Positions 49,684 through 61,947 of a DNA stretch of 64,000 bases are shown here, piece after piece. The stretch comes from Plasmodiophora brassicae (lineage: Eukaryota). The notes under the pieces are model-generated. The model did no database searches. It saw only the letters and a program-made list of their open reading frames with translations, and was not told the origin of the DNA. The stretch lies in the NCBI GenBank assembly GCA_036867785.1, contig CP145414.1:248001-312000 (forward strand). The letters are read 5' to 3'. Position numbers and translations under genes: made by a program. How positions within the stretch are numbered: the first letter of the stretch is position 1; every line of letters begins with the position of its first letter.

Positions 49684-50781
49684 ATGGAACGGGTTCTGGC
49701 GGTCGGTGTGGCCAAGGAGCACGCCGCGCTGGACGTCCTCGAGATCGAGCGGCGCCCGGTCGGCCCGCACGACGTGTACGTCCGGGTCCTGTACTGCGGG
49801 GTCTGCCACAGTGACCTGCACCACGGGCGATCGGAGTGGGGGCGGCCCAAGTTCCCGGCCGTGCCCGGGCACGAAATCATTGGCCAGGTCGTGCGCGTCG
49901 GCGGCGACGTCAGCAAGTTCAGGGTCGACGACACGGTCGGCGTCGGGGTCTTCGTGGATTCGTGCCGTCACTGCAGCGAGTGCAAGGACGGCCAGGTTCA
50001 GTACTGCTCGGGGAAGCGCGCCGGCGACCTGCCCGGTCGCTGTGACACGTACGGGTCGCCGACCCCCGATCCGCCTGGGCACACCCTGGGCGGATACAGC
50101 CAGGCCATTGTCGTCGACGAGAACTATGTCCTGTCGATCCCGCCCGGCCTGGACCTGAAACGAGCGGCGCCGTTGCTCTGCGCTGGCATCACGACCTACA
50201 GCGCCATGCGTCACTATGGCGTCCGGAAGGGGGATCGCATCGGCGTCTTGGGCCTCGGCGGCCTAGGCCACATGGCTGTCAAGTTCGGCAAGGCCATGGG
50301 CGCACACGTCACCGTCCTGACGCGTTCGTCCCGGAAACGGGATCTGGCCATGAAGATGGGCGCCGACGACGTCATCATCACCGAGGAAGAAGGCGACCGT
50401 TTCAAGGCCGCCCAGCGTTCCATGGATCGCATCGTGGATACGGTGTCGGCTCGGCACGACATCGACGCCTACGTCAACCTGCTGCGTGTGAACGGCACGC
50501 TCATCATGGTCGGCGCCTCGCCGGACCCGCTCACCTTCCGTACGTTCCCGCTGATCATGCGCCGTACCAGCATCGGGGGCAGCCTGGTCGGCGGCATCGC
50601 CGAAACGCAGGAGATGCTCCAGTTCTGTGCCGACCACGACATCAGCTGCGACGTCGAAGTGGTCCCCATCGCCGATGTCAACAAGGCCTGGGACCGCATG
50701 GTCAAGGGCGACGTCCAGTTCCGGTTCGTCATCGACGTCGCCGGATCCCTCGCCAAAGGCACGACGATCAACAAGGCGTAA
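49684..50781 (+). CDS. NADP-dependent Zn alcohol dehydrogenase (cinnamyl-ADH/YahK-like), intronless
   Basis: CGVCHSD, PGHEI, DSCRHCSEC..QYC, APLLCAGITTY, GLGGLGH, FRFVID. Confidence 0.95.
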   Translation: MERVLAVGVAKEHAALDVLEIERRPVGPHDVYVRVLYCGVCHSDLHHGRSEWGRPKFPAVPGHEIIGQVVRVGGDVSKFRVDDTVGVGVFVDSCRHCSECKDGQVQYCSGKRAGDLPGRCDTYGSPTPDPPGHTLGGYSQAIVVDENYVLSIPPGLDLKRAAPLLCAGITTYSAMRHYGVRKGDRIGVLGLGGLGHMAVKFGKAMGAHVTVLTRSSRKRDLAMKMGADDVIITEEEGDRFKAAQRSMDRIVDTVSARHDIDAYVNLLRVNGTLIMVGASPDPLTFRTFPLIMRRTSIGGSLVGGIAETQEMLQFCADHDISCDVEVVPIADVNKAWDRMVKGDVQFRFVIDVAGSLAKGTTINKA

Positions 50782-50852
50782 CTGGGCGTCCATAAACCCG
50801 CGGTGCCGCGTTTCGTTCGCGAGTTAAAACGACCCGCCGGCCATGGTTTAAC

Positions 50853-51923
50853 TCAGGCCGACTGCTTGGCAGGAGACGACGCCCTGTTCCAGATGCGTAC
50901 CTCGCATGAATGCCTGCGCTGGTCGACCTTGACGCTGTCCAGTGCCGGCGACGCCTTGAACTGAAGGCGCGCGTACCGATCGAAACGGATGGTGTCGGCG
51001 GGGACCCGGACGGCCATGGCCAGCGCGATCCGGGAGCCCTGCCTGACATCGCCGAGCCTCCACCATGCAATGTCGCCTTCGATGACACCGTGTCCGCTGG
51101 CAACGACGGCGCCCTGGCGGAGCGGGACGCTGACGGTCACATCCTGCACGTCGGCCTCAAACCTGGCCGCCACGCGGACGTCGATTGCCGCCTGGTTCGT
51201 CGCTGACGCTCCCATGAGGAACGTGCACGATGATACGTACTCCCTCGGGGCTGGAACGACGTATTTGCAGATGGTCATACGGCCGGAGAAGGACATGTCA
51301 TTACCCTCGACGACGACCCGTTCGTGTACGCTGACCACCCTGACGACACCTCGACCCTCATCATCAACGCCGGGGATCGGCAGGACGCTTCGGCCGCGTT
51401 CGCAGCGGATCTCCCCAACGTGGACGATGTCGCTGGCTGTCCCTTCGTGGTCGACGAACGCCTGCGACGTCTCTTCAAGAACAAGATGGGGATCCGTCAT
51501 CCCCGGATCGGAGTCGATCGCCAGCTGGTCCTGCAACAACGTCCCGAAGGGCATCGCTCGCGCCAGAGCCAGGGACACATTCACGGTGGCGTCCAGCCAG
51601 CCGTCTTCGGGGGCCAGGCGCGCCTCGATGAAATCCCGGATCCGACCCGCTTGCTCAACCAGCAGCGCGACCTGCCGACCGCCAAGCACAACGACGACGA
51701 ACGTGGCTGACGCGCTCGCGACGAACACGTCGTCGTCCGCCGACCCGCGAACAGCAAGCACGCCGGACCTGGTCAGGTCCTGGCCAGCAATCGCCTTCAG
51801 GACGCTCTCATCGCTGCCGATCTGTGTCGTAAACCGCCGGTCGACCGTCGGGAACCGACGCGAGAGCAGCAGGCGACGTGGCGCGTTGCCCGACACGACC
51901 CAGAGCGCCCTGACCGATGCCAT
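50853..51923 (-). CDS. AP5M1: AP-5 complex mu subunit (divergent, shortened)
   Basis: N-terminal VRALWVV..SRRFPTVDRR and AMPFGT motifs typical of mu5; beta-rich C-terminal mu-homology region. Confidence 0.72.
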   Translation of the reverse strand: MASVRALWVVSGNAPRRLLLSRRFPTVDRRFTTQIGSDESVLKAIAGQDLTRSGVLAVRGSADDDVFVASASATFVVVVLGGRQVALLVEQAGRIRDFIEARLAPEDGWLDATVNVSLALARAMPFGTLLQDQLAIDSDPGMTDPHLVLEETSQAFVDHEGTASDIVHVGEIRCERGRSVLPIPGVDDEGRGVVRVVSVHERVVVEGNDMSFSGRMTICKYVVPAPREYVSSCTFLMGASATNQAAIDVRVAARFEADVQDVTVSVPLRQGAVVASGHGVIEGDIAWWRLGDVRQGSRIALAMAVRVPADTIRFDRYARLQFKASPALDSVKVDQRRHSCEVRIWNRASSPAKQSA

Positions 51924-52198
51924 CCCCTGTGCTTACGATACGTCACGCGCGTCCGTAATGGGGACCTCTCCTGTAGCATTCGGCCCGCGGCGCCGCTTTT
52001 GTTTAGTAGTCGCTGCTGAGCGGCTTCCGATGTCCAGCAACGACCATAGCCGAACTCGGGTGTTGACGACGACTGCGTCGCCGCTGCTGTTCAGGACGGC
52101 GGTCGCCTGGCGCCGCTGCGGTAGCCCCGATCAACGGCAGCAGGAGCTGGCCGCGATGCGGGCGGAAGCCGCCCTGTGGCACCCAAGTCAGCCTTGCC

Positions 52199-52225
52199 GG
52201 GGGGGGGGGGGGGGGGGGGGGGGGG
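52199..52225 (+). repeat. G27 homopolymer in the divergent AP5M1/RAD51C intergenic region
   Basis: Direct observation. Confidence 0.95.
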
Positions 52226-52619
52226 ACCAAACGTACGCCTTTACGCGGGGCGTCACTGTCGGCGGACGCCAGCATGACGTGGATGGGCGTCTGCGGGCGG
52301 CGCTGCAGGATCGCGGACAGCGACCGCGGCAGGCGGGCCCGGCCCTGGAACTCGGCCGTCCCTGGCGCATACGTCCCAGCGGCTCCCATTGTCCCCCACC
52401 CCGAGATTTTTCCCATCGCCCCCCGCTCCCGCAAATATCCCCCGACTTTCGTAACACGGCGCCACAGTCACAACCGGTACGTAGTCCAACGGGGCCCGGC
52501 AGCAGTCATCTGGGCAGCAGCAGCAGCAGCAAGATGTGCGCCACTGAGCGCCACTGGCGCAACGTGCGTACGGGGCGACGCGGACGCGGGGGGCTGCTTC
52601 GACGACTCACAGGGCGAAG

Positions 52620-53997
52620 ATGGCGCTAGGGTTGCCTGTCGACTACCTGCAGTGCCATGGGGTGTCCGTCGAGGAGGTGGCGGCGCTGCGCGCGTCCGGC
52701 CTCGCGTCCGTCGACGACGTGTGCGGCGTGCGGCCCGCTGACCTCGGCGACCGTCTGCAGATCGGGCGGGATCGCGCGGTCGACATGCGTTGCCCCGTGA
52801 TGGTGTGAGGACGATGCTGACCCGCGTGTGCAGATGTTCATCATGAAGGCGGCCAGGAATGAGGTGCCCAGAGGCGACGCGATGGGGTCGTCGGTGTCCA
52901 GTGTGGCGATGCCCAGCGATTTCAGGGGCGTGTCTGCGCTGGACCTTCTTCGGCAGCGCAGTAACGTCGAGTGCATCATTAGCCTGTGCCCTGACCTGGA
53001 TACGATCATGGGGTGCCGGTATCCGCCTCTGCTCGCCTGCCTGCCTGCGTCCCTGACCGTTGGTCAACAGGGGCGGATGCCAGATCGGGCAGATCACGGA
53101 GCTGTGCGGCCTGCCAGGCGTCGGCAAGACCCAGCTATGGTAGTCGGGCGTCCCCGGTCGGTCCCGTCGGCCCCGTGTTTGACAATTGCGATGCAAAGCA
53201 TGGAGCTGGCATGCACCGTTCAGATACCCAAGGACCTGCACGGCGTCGAAGGTGAAGCCGTTTACATAGGCAAGCTCGCGCGTCTCCCGCTGTCTCGTGG
53301 GCAATGACGCCCGTATTGGTGACACAGATGCTGAAGGCGGCATGATGCCGCTTCGGCTACACCAGGCAGTGACTTTGCATTCTTCCACCGGTTCCGTCGT
53401 CGTAACGCGATTCTGTTCAGATGGCGGAATCGCTGGTCGCCCGGTTGCGGGGGCAGAGCCCGTCGGCGACGTCCCTGTCGGCTGAATCGCTCCTGCGACG
53501 GGTCCACGTCTACCGGGTCCACAGCGCCAGCGAGCAACTCGCTGTCGTTCGCGCCCTTCCTGCCTTTCTCGACGAGCACCCGCAGGTTCGGCTGCTCGGT
53601 GAGGCCCGTCGCGTTGTTGCAGGCCTGCACACGCGTCCCTAACCGTCGAACCGCAGTGCTGGATTCAGTCGCGTTCCACATGCGACATCAGATCCCCGAC
53701 ATGATGCTGCGCACGCGCCTCCTGGCAACCCTGGGCCAACAATTGGCCTGCCTCGCACAGTCTCGCAACGTCGCCGTTGTCATCACGAACCAGATGACCA
53801 CGGCGTCAGACCGGACCCTGGTCCCGGCGCTGGGCCCCAGCTGGGCGCACGTCGCCAACACGCGCCTCATCCTGAAGCGCGTCTCGGGCGCCGGCCGCCG
53901 CGCCACCATCGTCAAGTCGCCCAGCCAGAAGCACGACTCCGCGGAATTCACCGTCACCGCGTCCGGCATCGCCCCCGTCGCCCCCGACCTGTACTGA
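52620..53997 (+). CDS. RAD51C: RAD51 paralog C; multi-exon
   Basis: ITELCGLPGVGKTQL, TVQIP..GVEGEAVYI|DAEG, LDSVAFHMR..RTRLL, TNQMTT, PALGPSWAH, KSPS. Confidence 0.9.
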
Positions 53998-54085
53998 TGA
54001 TCCTCTGATAAATATATATGGGGCGGTGCCCTAGTATCGCGCACGTTTCGCGAAACTGCGTCGGCGCCGCCGTCAGTCGCGCACG

Positions 54086-55272
54086 ATGCGCCCCGAAGAC
54101 GACGACCAGGACAGCGGCGTCGTGATCGCGCGTGTCGGTGTCCCCGCCTGGGGCCTGCCGACGTGGCACCTGCAGTCGCTGGAATTGCTTCTCCTCCTGC
54201 GGATCGCCAAACGCAGGCACGCCGTCGAATACGAACCGTACGGGTATACGTCGAGGTATCGCGTCTGCCTTTGCTGCCCCGGCCTCGCTGATTTACGTGT
54301 TAGCACCGGGTCGCTACCCGCCTGCGAAATTGCCGATGGGACAATGCTTGCGTCGTCGGAGGCTGTGGAACGGTTCGCTGAGGAGGTCGACGCCGATCTG
54401 GGCGATCTGGCGCGCGTTTATCGCGTCCTGTGCCAGACGCAGCTGGCACCCGTCGTCGACCTGGCCTTGTTCCAGGTATGCCTCGGGGCGAAGCAATCGG
54501 ACGATACCTGCGGGCCTAACGTCCACAGAACGAGGACAACTTCAATCGTGTGACAGTCGGATTGTATCGCGCTACGCCGTTCCCCGTCAGCGCCATCCTG
54601 CCTCGCGTTTCTCGTCGCGAGTCGCTGCGCCGGCGATCGTGTCGCTCGGGTAGCAGCGACCAGGCAATACTGGCCGATTGCAAGAGCGCGCTCCGGTCCT
54701 GCGAATATATGCTGGACAAGGTCGGGGAGGTTGCCGTTTCCTCGTCGTTCGTTTCTGACCGCTGGCGTAGACCGGCGGGCCGTTCGTCCTTGGCGCACGC
54801 CCGACGTCGTGCGATGCGTCCCTGCTGTCGTTCCTGCTGCTGGCGCAGCGACTCCCCGTTTCGGACCCCGATTTCACCGAGCTGATCACACCGGCGCTCG
54901 CCCGCTACATTGACGATTCCATGTACCTAGTCGAGGGTATGATCGACGCCCTGCCAGGTCGGGTTGGGCGCAGACGCGCTCTCTGCACACGGTTCTCGGC
55001 GGCTCACATTGGTCCTTGCAGGCACAGATGCGGATCCGGACGCGGACGCCACGCGTGGCATCAACGAGCAGTATTCATTGTACATGCAGCAATGGCGAAG
55101 AAAGTCCAAGGCGAAAGTACCGGACGACGACGTTCGTCCAGCCCCGGACGCGCCCATCCGGACCCCAGACGACCTCGTTCGCGAACGCCACAACCGCATT
55201 GCTATCGGGATCGGTGTCGGCGCTGTCGTCGCGTTCCTGCTGTTCGGGAATGTCATTAAGTACAGCGAATAG
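54086..55272 (+). CDS. Metaxin-like (Sam37/MTX1) mitochondrial outer-membrane protein with C-terminal TM anchor; multi-exon
   Basis: AWGLPT, TGSLP, FVLGARPTSCDA (GST-C-like), IAIGIGVGAVVAFLLF. Confidence 0.75.
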
Positions 55273-55305
55273 CGAAATCGTCTACGGTCTGTGCATTTAA
55301 TCCGG

Positions 55306-57005
55306 TTAACATGGCACTGTTCGCCCGGTGGCCGGGTCGACGTGGGGGACGCAGCACGACCAGTAGGGCGTCGGCAGGCATCCGAGCGCACGGCACCAGC
55401 CGCAGATGCGGTTCGGGTCGACGTCCCACGCGAACACCCATATGAGCATGATGAACCAGAGGACGGCGAGCGTGGCCGACACGATCCGCAACGGCGCCGA
55501 GTACCATGGCATGGACCGCGATCGCCGAGCGTGATGCGGGTCGACAAGGACGCAGGACCCGACCAGCAGGCCGCAGACGAACCCGCCGACGTGGGCGAAG
55601 TTGTCCACCAGCGGCAGGAGGCCCGCGGCCAGGCCCAGGGCCGTGTTCAGGACCAGACTCACCAGGTACCAGAACGAGCTGCCTTCCATCAGCCTGTAGT
55701 TATGTGCAAGGTCCCCTGGGCAACGACAACGACGACATCAGTGGGGCACAGCAACGTGGGCGCAGCGGCGACTAACCGTAGAGGGCGCCCAGCAACCCGA
55801 ACAGGGCGCCGGATGCCCCGACCGAGATCTGCATCGGCAGGAACAGGGCGCTGAGGATGTCGCCGCTGATGCCCGCGAGCACGTAGACGATGGCGACGCG
55901 CCCGAACCCGAACCCCTGCTCGAGGGAGCCGCCGAGCCGCCACAGCATCGACATGTTGACGGCCAGGTGGAGGACCCCGCTGCGAGCACGTCAGGGGCAG
56001 GGCGAGCGATTCGGGCGCAGACGCGAGCCCATACGAGTGGAGGCACATTGCGGTGACGAGGCGCCACCATTCGCCGGCGCGAATCCTGCCCGTGTCCTTG
56101 GCGCCCATCCCGTCGAGGACGGACGACGACGGGCCGAGCAGCGGGTTCGTGCTGAACGACTCGAACTGCCACCCGTTCAGGTACATGGAGTAGACGCAGA
56201 GCGCCACGTCGGTCACGATCATCAGCGAGACGAACAGGCGCGGCTTGACGCCGACGGGCGACGACCGAGCGACGACCTGCCTCCGCTCCTGAAGCCGATG
56301 GTCACCACCGGGCGACACGGGCGACCCGTTGCGATGGCGCGCCTCGCCGCCCTTCATCGAGCGTGGCTCGGCCGGCCCCGCCTTGACGGATGCCCCGTTC
56401 GATCCGGTGCCGCTCGAGTGTCGGGACTCGGGCGCTGGGCTCGCAACGACCAGCTGGCTGTCCGCCGAGCGAGCCATGTGCTGTTCCAGCGCGGCCTGCT
56501 TGGCAGACGGCAGCGCCCTGTCCTTCCGGGCGAGGTCCTGCGGGTCCTTTCGCGGCCGGCCACCGCTGGGTTCGTCGTCGTCTTGCACGCCGCTCGGCAA
56601 CTGGAACGTCGCCGTCGGGTGCACTTGCTGGTCGGCGTCCATCACGTATCGGGACGGGGCTCGGGCGTGCGTTCGTATCGAACGCCGGCCGCCGCCATGG
56701 TCGGCAGCGGCCTGCTTCGAGGGCGCGCGCACGTGCCCCCGACCAGGCTGCGGTTGCCCATCGGGCGACGACGAACTCGCGACAGCTACCGGCAGCAGGA
56801 ACGCGTCTGAAGGGAGCGGCTGACTCGGGCCAGTGTTACCCGCTGCTCTGGATGGTTGACGAACGTGTGCCTGCGGCTGAAGCCCTGTTGGCATTGCGAC
56901 AGCGCTCGTCGGCGGTTCGCTCGGCACAGCATCGGGCCTGGGCGCCGATTCCGGGTTCCCGCTCACATGCAATACGGGATTGGGCACGCCGTCGGCCCCC
57001 GACAT
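55306..57005 (-). CDS. Rhomboid intramembrane serine protease with long disordered N-terminus; multi-exon
   Basis: NPLLGPS, EWWRLVT..LH, HLAVNM, SVGASG, DNFAHVGG (catalytic Ser and His present); Cys-rich C-tail. Confidence 0.92.
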
Positions 57006-57213
57006 CGCGCTAGACCCAGATATGCTGTGGGATCCTCCAGGGCGATACCGTCGAGCGCACGGTACGCTGACGGGATCAACGGGTGGACCGCTGCTGTGGA
57101 ATCTCTTGACAAACGTCAGACACAGCACGGTGCGGTTGCCAGATCGGACGGCGTAAACACTCCCCCAACTGTACCAAGACAATGTGCCCAGCATCGGCTG
57201 GCCTTGTTGCGCG

Positions 57214-58296
57214 TTAACCCGCTGGACGACGGAGCCATCTGCCAACCTCATCGGAGACGACCATGGCGAGCGCTGCGCGACGCCGGCTGAGCAGCACGTC
57301 CAACGCGGCACGACACGAGCGCGTACCTGTTCCAAGGCTAACGCGCCATAGGCGTGACGATAAGCCGCGGAACAAATCCCTCGGCGAGGCGATCGTGTTC
57401 GGGACGACGTATTCGGCGGCCTGCGCTCTGCTCTTCAGCACGTCGAACGGGCTCCCCAGGACGGACGCGACCGCTCCCGTCAGGCACCCGAACAGCACAA
57501 GCTCGGGCCCCGTTAGCTCCTGAAGCAGCGCGCGCGAGCGACACGTCAGAACCACGTACCCGAACAGGACCATGAACCGGGGGGGTACACCTCTGGATAG
57601 AAGCGACGAAGCAGACCGACACTCGTGAATGTCACTGCGCCATACGTACTACATGGGTCGTGTGGAGCGTCAGCCGAACCGGTCGCTGCCAGCGCGACCT
57701 AACCGGGGTACCTCTGCCGAAGCGTCGTATACAGATGCCCTCGCCACAAACGGGACCATTCGCGCTCAGGACCCCTCGTCGCCGTCGCGTAGATATCGTT
57801 CCTGTTCGGGGGCCGCCGCGTCAGCAGGGCATGGGCCCTCGTCTGTCCCGTTACCATTACGCAGATAGACCAGGGCCGCCGACTTGCATCGGGATCTTGA
57901 ACGCATCCAGCGGCGTGATGACGATGGCTTCGGCGGCGCCAGCCAGCGCCCCTTGCAGGGCAAGCCGGGCGGTATCGTCCACCGGGACGGCCGACGACGT
58001 CGTCGCGACGAGGTACCGGGGCACCTGCACGGCGGTCACCGCTGCCAGGTGCGGCAGCACCCCTCGGAAACAGCGCCGCCTCACCGGCGCCGATCGCAGC
58101 AACCGCCATGGGCCTCGCGGCACGACGTAATCGGGTCGCACCTGCGGGGGGCACGCGGTCAGCAACCCGAGCGCGCCGACCCCTCTAGCGGGCGAGCGCA
58201 CACGACCTGCATGCGCGTCGTGCAGAAATCCAACGGGTACAGTACGGCGGACTCGACGAGCGCCGTGCCCGTCGCCACGGCCAGCAGCGACGCCAT
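57214..58296 (-). CDS. Mitochondrial carrier (SLC25 family); multi-exon
   Basis: Three PxD/ExxK/R signatures: YPLDFCTTRMQ, TPLDAFKIPMQ, SPFDVLKSRAQ. Confidence 0.85.
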
Positions 58297-58479
58297 CAGC
58301 GACGGCAGCGGCGCGCCGAAGGGCACAAAATGTGCGGCTGCTGCTGCTGCCGCTGCTGCTGCTGCAGACTCGCCCCGGTCTTGTCACTCGCCCTGTCTCG
58401 ATCAGTGCACCACCTGATGAATGTATTTTAATGAAACGATCTGGGCGGGCGGACCGAAGACCGGATGTGTTGACGACGC

Positions 58480-58980
58480 TCAAAGTGGGTGGTACCAGAT
58501 TATGTATCGGTACTGAGGGTCATCCAACATCCGGCGGGGCACACACCATCTGGGATGTGCGACGGTCTGCGGGTAATTAAAACGAGGTTGGCGATGTCGC
58601 ACAGGTCGCCATGTATTGACATCGTCTTGCCCGTGGCCGAGCAGGGTGAGGATGACTGCGTCTGCGGAGCGGCAGAATAGTCTGAGGAGGCGGTCGGAGA
58701 TTCCAGGCGCAGGGCGCGGGCGCTGCGGGCGCACGTACTGCAGGACGCGGTGGCAGAGTGGGCACCGGTGGTGCGGGTCGCCTGTCGAAGACAGATGGGC
58801 GAACCAGGCCTGCAGGCAATGACTATGGAACGCATGCTTGCACGTCGTCGTCACCGTCGGGCAGGCGTGTAAATCCTCTCTGCAGATGGCACATACGTTT
58901 CGGTCGTCGTCTGAACAACCATACGCAACCGTGGCGGTGAGCACAAACGCCATCGCGGCGACGACCACACCGTTGCTCAT
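58480..58980 (-). CDS. Small secreted RING-H2 protein (E3 ligase effector candidate)
   Basis: Signal peptide VVVAAMAFVLTATVAYG, then CAICREDL..CKHAFHSHCLQAW..CPLC. Confidence 0.82.
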   Translation of the reverse strand: MSNGVVVAAMAFVLTATVAYGCSDDDRNVCAICREDLHACPTVTTTCKHAFHSHCLQAWFAHLSSTGDPHHRCPLCHRVLQYVRPQRPRPAPGISDRLLRLFCRSADAVILTLLGHGQDDVNTWRPVRHRQPRFNYPQTVAHPRWCVPRRMLDDPQYRYIIWYHPL

Positions 58981-59537
58981 AGAAGTTGCCTGTGCCGAAC
59001 GGGCAGACCTCTGCTGGACGTCGCGCGCGCAAATCCATTAGGCGGCTGGACCATAATTCTGGTACCGCAGCCGCAGAAGGCACTGCGCATCGACCGGTTC
59101 TGCAGCTTCGCAGGCGGCCTGCAGCTCCAGTGCGCTCCACGAACTCCGCGACCGCAGACCATTCACGGCGGCTCCCTGATGAACAGACACATTTGACAAT
59201 GCGCACGATGCCCCCTCCCTGCGAAAGCGGCACTGCTTACGTAGGACCGCAACGTTTGCTGAACGTCGTTCGTCCCTCCTTCGTTCGCGCTTACAGCTGC
59301 CGTTATATGCCGATTTGTACCTCCAAGTTGACAGGCGGTTGCGTCGCGTTGCTGATCGCCGGCCTGCGTGGATGGTGACCCGATGGCGATATTCAACGTA
59401 GCGCGGCGCTGCTCAGAAGTATTACATACGGGCATCGGTGCAGGAACGGGACGGCGGCGGAATCCGTTTGGCCGAAATAGGCAGTGTGTGGGTGGTGCGA
59501 CCTGTGCGCGACCCTCGAGCCCCATCACACGCTAGCG

Positions 59538-60999
59538 ATGACGTCGTCGTTCTCCATCGTGAAGCAGAAGGTTCGCCGAACGCCGACGCCGAACGCGTGC
59601 CGGGTTACCGGGCAGTCTGACGTCGGGGCTGTCCTAGGCGCTGGAGAAGCTTGGCCAGGTCGCCATCACGAACGATGCTGTATACTCCAACCTGCGTACG
59701 AACATCACCCTGCTCTGCGATACCGTCAACGGCCTTCGCGATCGCGTCAACTGCATGATGACGCATTACCAAGGTACACACGCGCGGGCACGTCGATCTG
59801 CTCCTGCCCTGATCCCGGTCTGGAAGAGATGGCGTCGAACTCCTGCGAGATCGCCAGGAACATTCATGGCCTGTACGATGGCTCCGGGCAGTACCTGGAG
59901 GGCGCCTCGGCGGCCAACGCGGCAAACAGGAAGACGTTACGGGACGACCTGCTCCCTAACATCAAGGTTCTCATCCAGGACCAGGTCATCAACGATATCG
60001 AGGCGTGGGCTGCCGAACTCGATGCAGTAATCTCGCCATATCGCGCCGTTGGGGCACTGATTGGCTGACGTCGGTTTAGTTGCAACTGAAGATGGCTGCC
60101 CGGGAGGAGGCGCGCGTCTGCATGGATCATTTCAAGGCCAAGTTGGTGTCGATTCGAGCATCGCGCGAGAAGTACACGGCGCGAGGTAGGGCGTTCCCGA
60201 GGAAAGACGCCGAACGCCTGGAGCGCAACGAGCGCAAGCTGGAGAAGGCGAGAGCCGAATTCCAGGTCGGGCTGCTCCTATTGCCTTGTCGCTGGTGCGC
60301 CGGCTTACGGTTCCCCAGACGACCAACGAACAGTGCTGCCAGCTCATGCAGGCGGCCTGGAACAAGCGCTTCACGAATATCAACGAGGTCTTCGTTAAAC
60401 TCGTACAGGTAACGAACGCCTTGGGTTGACTTGTCGACAATCTTGCTGAGTACATACGTACCTAGAGCGAGGACAAGCTTGCCGCTCTGGTGCAGGCGTC
60501 GGCCAGAGCCTGTCTCGAGCCTGTCGAGAAGGCGCGCCCGCTGGCGATCGAGTCGAAATCTGCAACTACTGCCGCGCCCACCTTGACGATCGAGTATGAC
60601 GACGCGACGGCGAAGACGTCCGGCGAGACGAAGCGATCGGAGAACAACAACGGCAACGTGTTCGACCTGTTTGGCACATCGGCGTCGCAGGCGATCGTAC
60701 TGGAACCCGAGTCGCCAAGCGGATCCCGGAAGAGTTCCAACGGGTTCTTATGGGACCAGACCGCGACGACGACGCACCCGACACTGAGTTCGTCGGCGCC
60801 AACCCGCGACCCATTCACGTCGCTGCCCGTTGGAGGTCGACGACCAGAACGTCCAGCGCAACCGGACCGTAACGACGACCCATTCGGCTCCTACGAACCG
60901 GTGCAGAGCAGGCGACCCGACCCGCCAGCCAAGTTGCCTTCTGGCCTAAAGCAGGCCACGAACGCACGCCCTGACCTGTTCGCCGACTGGGAGACATGA
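59538..60999 (+). CDS. BAR-domain (amphiphysin-like) protein; multi-exon
   Basis: KQKALEKLG N-terminal helix, long helical region (DHFKAKL..RNERKLEKAR), C-terminal DPF/DLF motifs. Confidence 0.72.
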
Positions 61000-61509
61000 T
61001 CCTGCCAAACGCTCTGCCCGTTCCCGTTTCGTCGATTCTTCTAAATTGCCACTTAATATAAACCTCGGGGGCACAGGACGTCATGGTGAGAAGCGATATT
61101 GCTGCCAAGATGACGACGTGTCGTCTAGCTACTCGGTACATAGCGCGCAGTATGTACGCTTCACCGCATCGTCAGCCTTGCCCCTGTGTGATCGGTGCAA
61201 GTGGCAAGTAGTGCTGACTCAGGGCTGCTCAGGCGACCGCGACAGTAATCCTTAATCCTTTTACAGTGTCGACAACATCAAGCGGGCTAGTCGTAGGTGC
61301 CGCCATACATTCGGATTACGGTTGATGGGTCAGGCAGGGTCCCGTATGTACACGCGTACATGGATCGGCAGGCGTGATGTCCCCGTCGATAGGTAGCTCT
61401 CTGTTTGCCAGTACGTGGTATTAGGGCGGCGGACATATAATGCGTTGCGGAGTCCGCGACGGACATGTGACGGCTCTCAGCAGAAGCTCGGCGAGGGTAT
61501 ACAGGCGCG

Positions 61510-61947
61510 ATGTCGTCCAACCAGGAAGTGATCTGGTCGATCGTGAAGAACACGTCCAGCTTCATCCGCAAGAGCCATGGCATCACGCTGACGGCCGAGC
61601 CGTTCAACGTGCGCAACCTGAACGCGAAGAAGTACTCGGGCCTGGCCAACAAGAAGGCGATCGACCTGAAGCTGTCCAAGGACGGCACGATCCTGTTCAG
61701 CAAGAAGCGCCGCCACCTGGTCCGCAAGCCGTCCAAGATGGCCACGACCGGGTCGCTGACGAAACACGTCACGAACCACAATGTTCGTGGCGCGTACGCC
61801 ATCCGGAAGGACACCGAGGGCTCCTTCTACCGCCCCGACCTCTCCGAGGACGCCATTGCTCGCTACCGCAAACTCCACCAGGCCAAGAAGCGCATTGCCC
61901 CTCGCAAGGCGGCCGCGAAGCCGTCTCAGGAGGTCGTCAAGGCGTAA
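61510..61947 (+). CDS. RPL28: 60S ribosomal protein L28 (eL28)
   Basis: VIWSIVKNTSSF..EPFNVRNLNAKKYSGLANKKA, FYRPDL. Confidence 0.93.
   Translation: MSSNQEVIWSIVKNTSSFIRKSHGITLTAEPFNVRNLNAKKYSGLANKKAIDLKLSKDGTILFSKKRRHLVRKPSKMATTGSLTKHVTNHNVRGAYAIRKDTEGSFYRPDLSEDAIARYRKLHQAKKRIAPRKAAAKPSQEVVKA

Noticed and set aside
50989-52629. 546-aa + strand ORF crossing the poly-G tract
   Set aside because: Antisense shadow of AP5M1 plus GC-rich intergenic sequence
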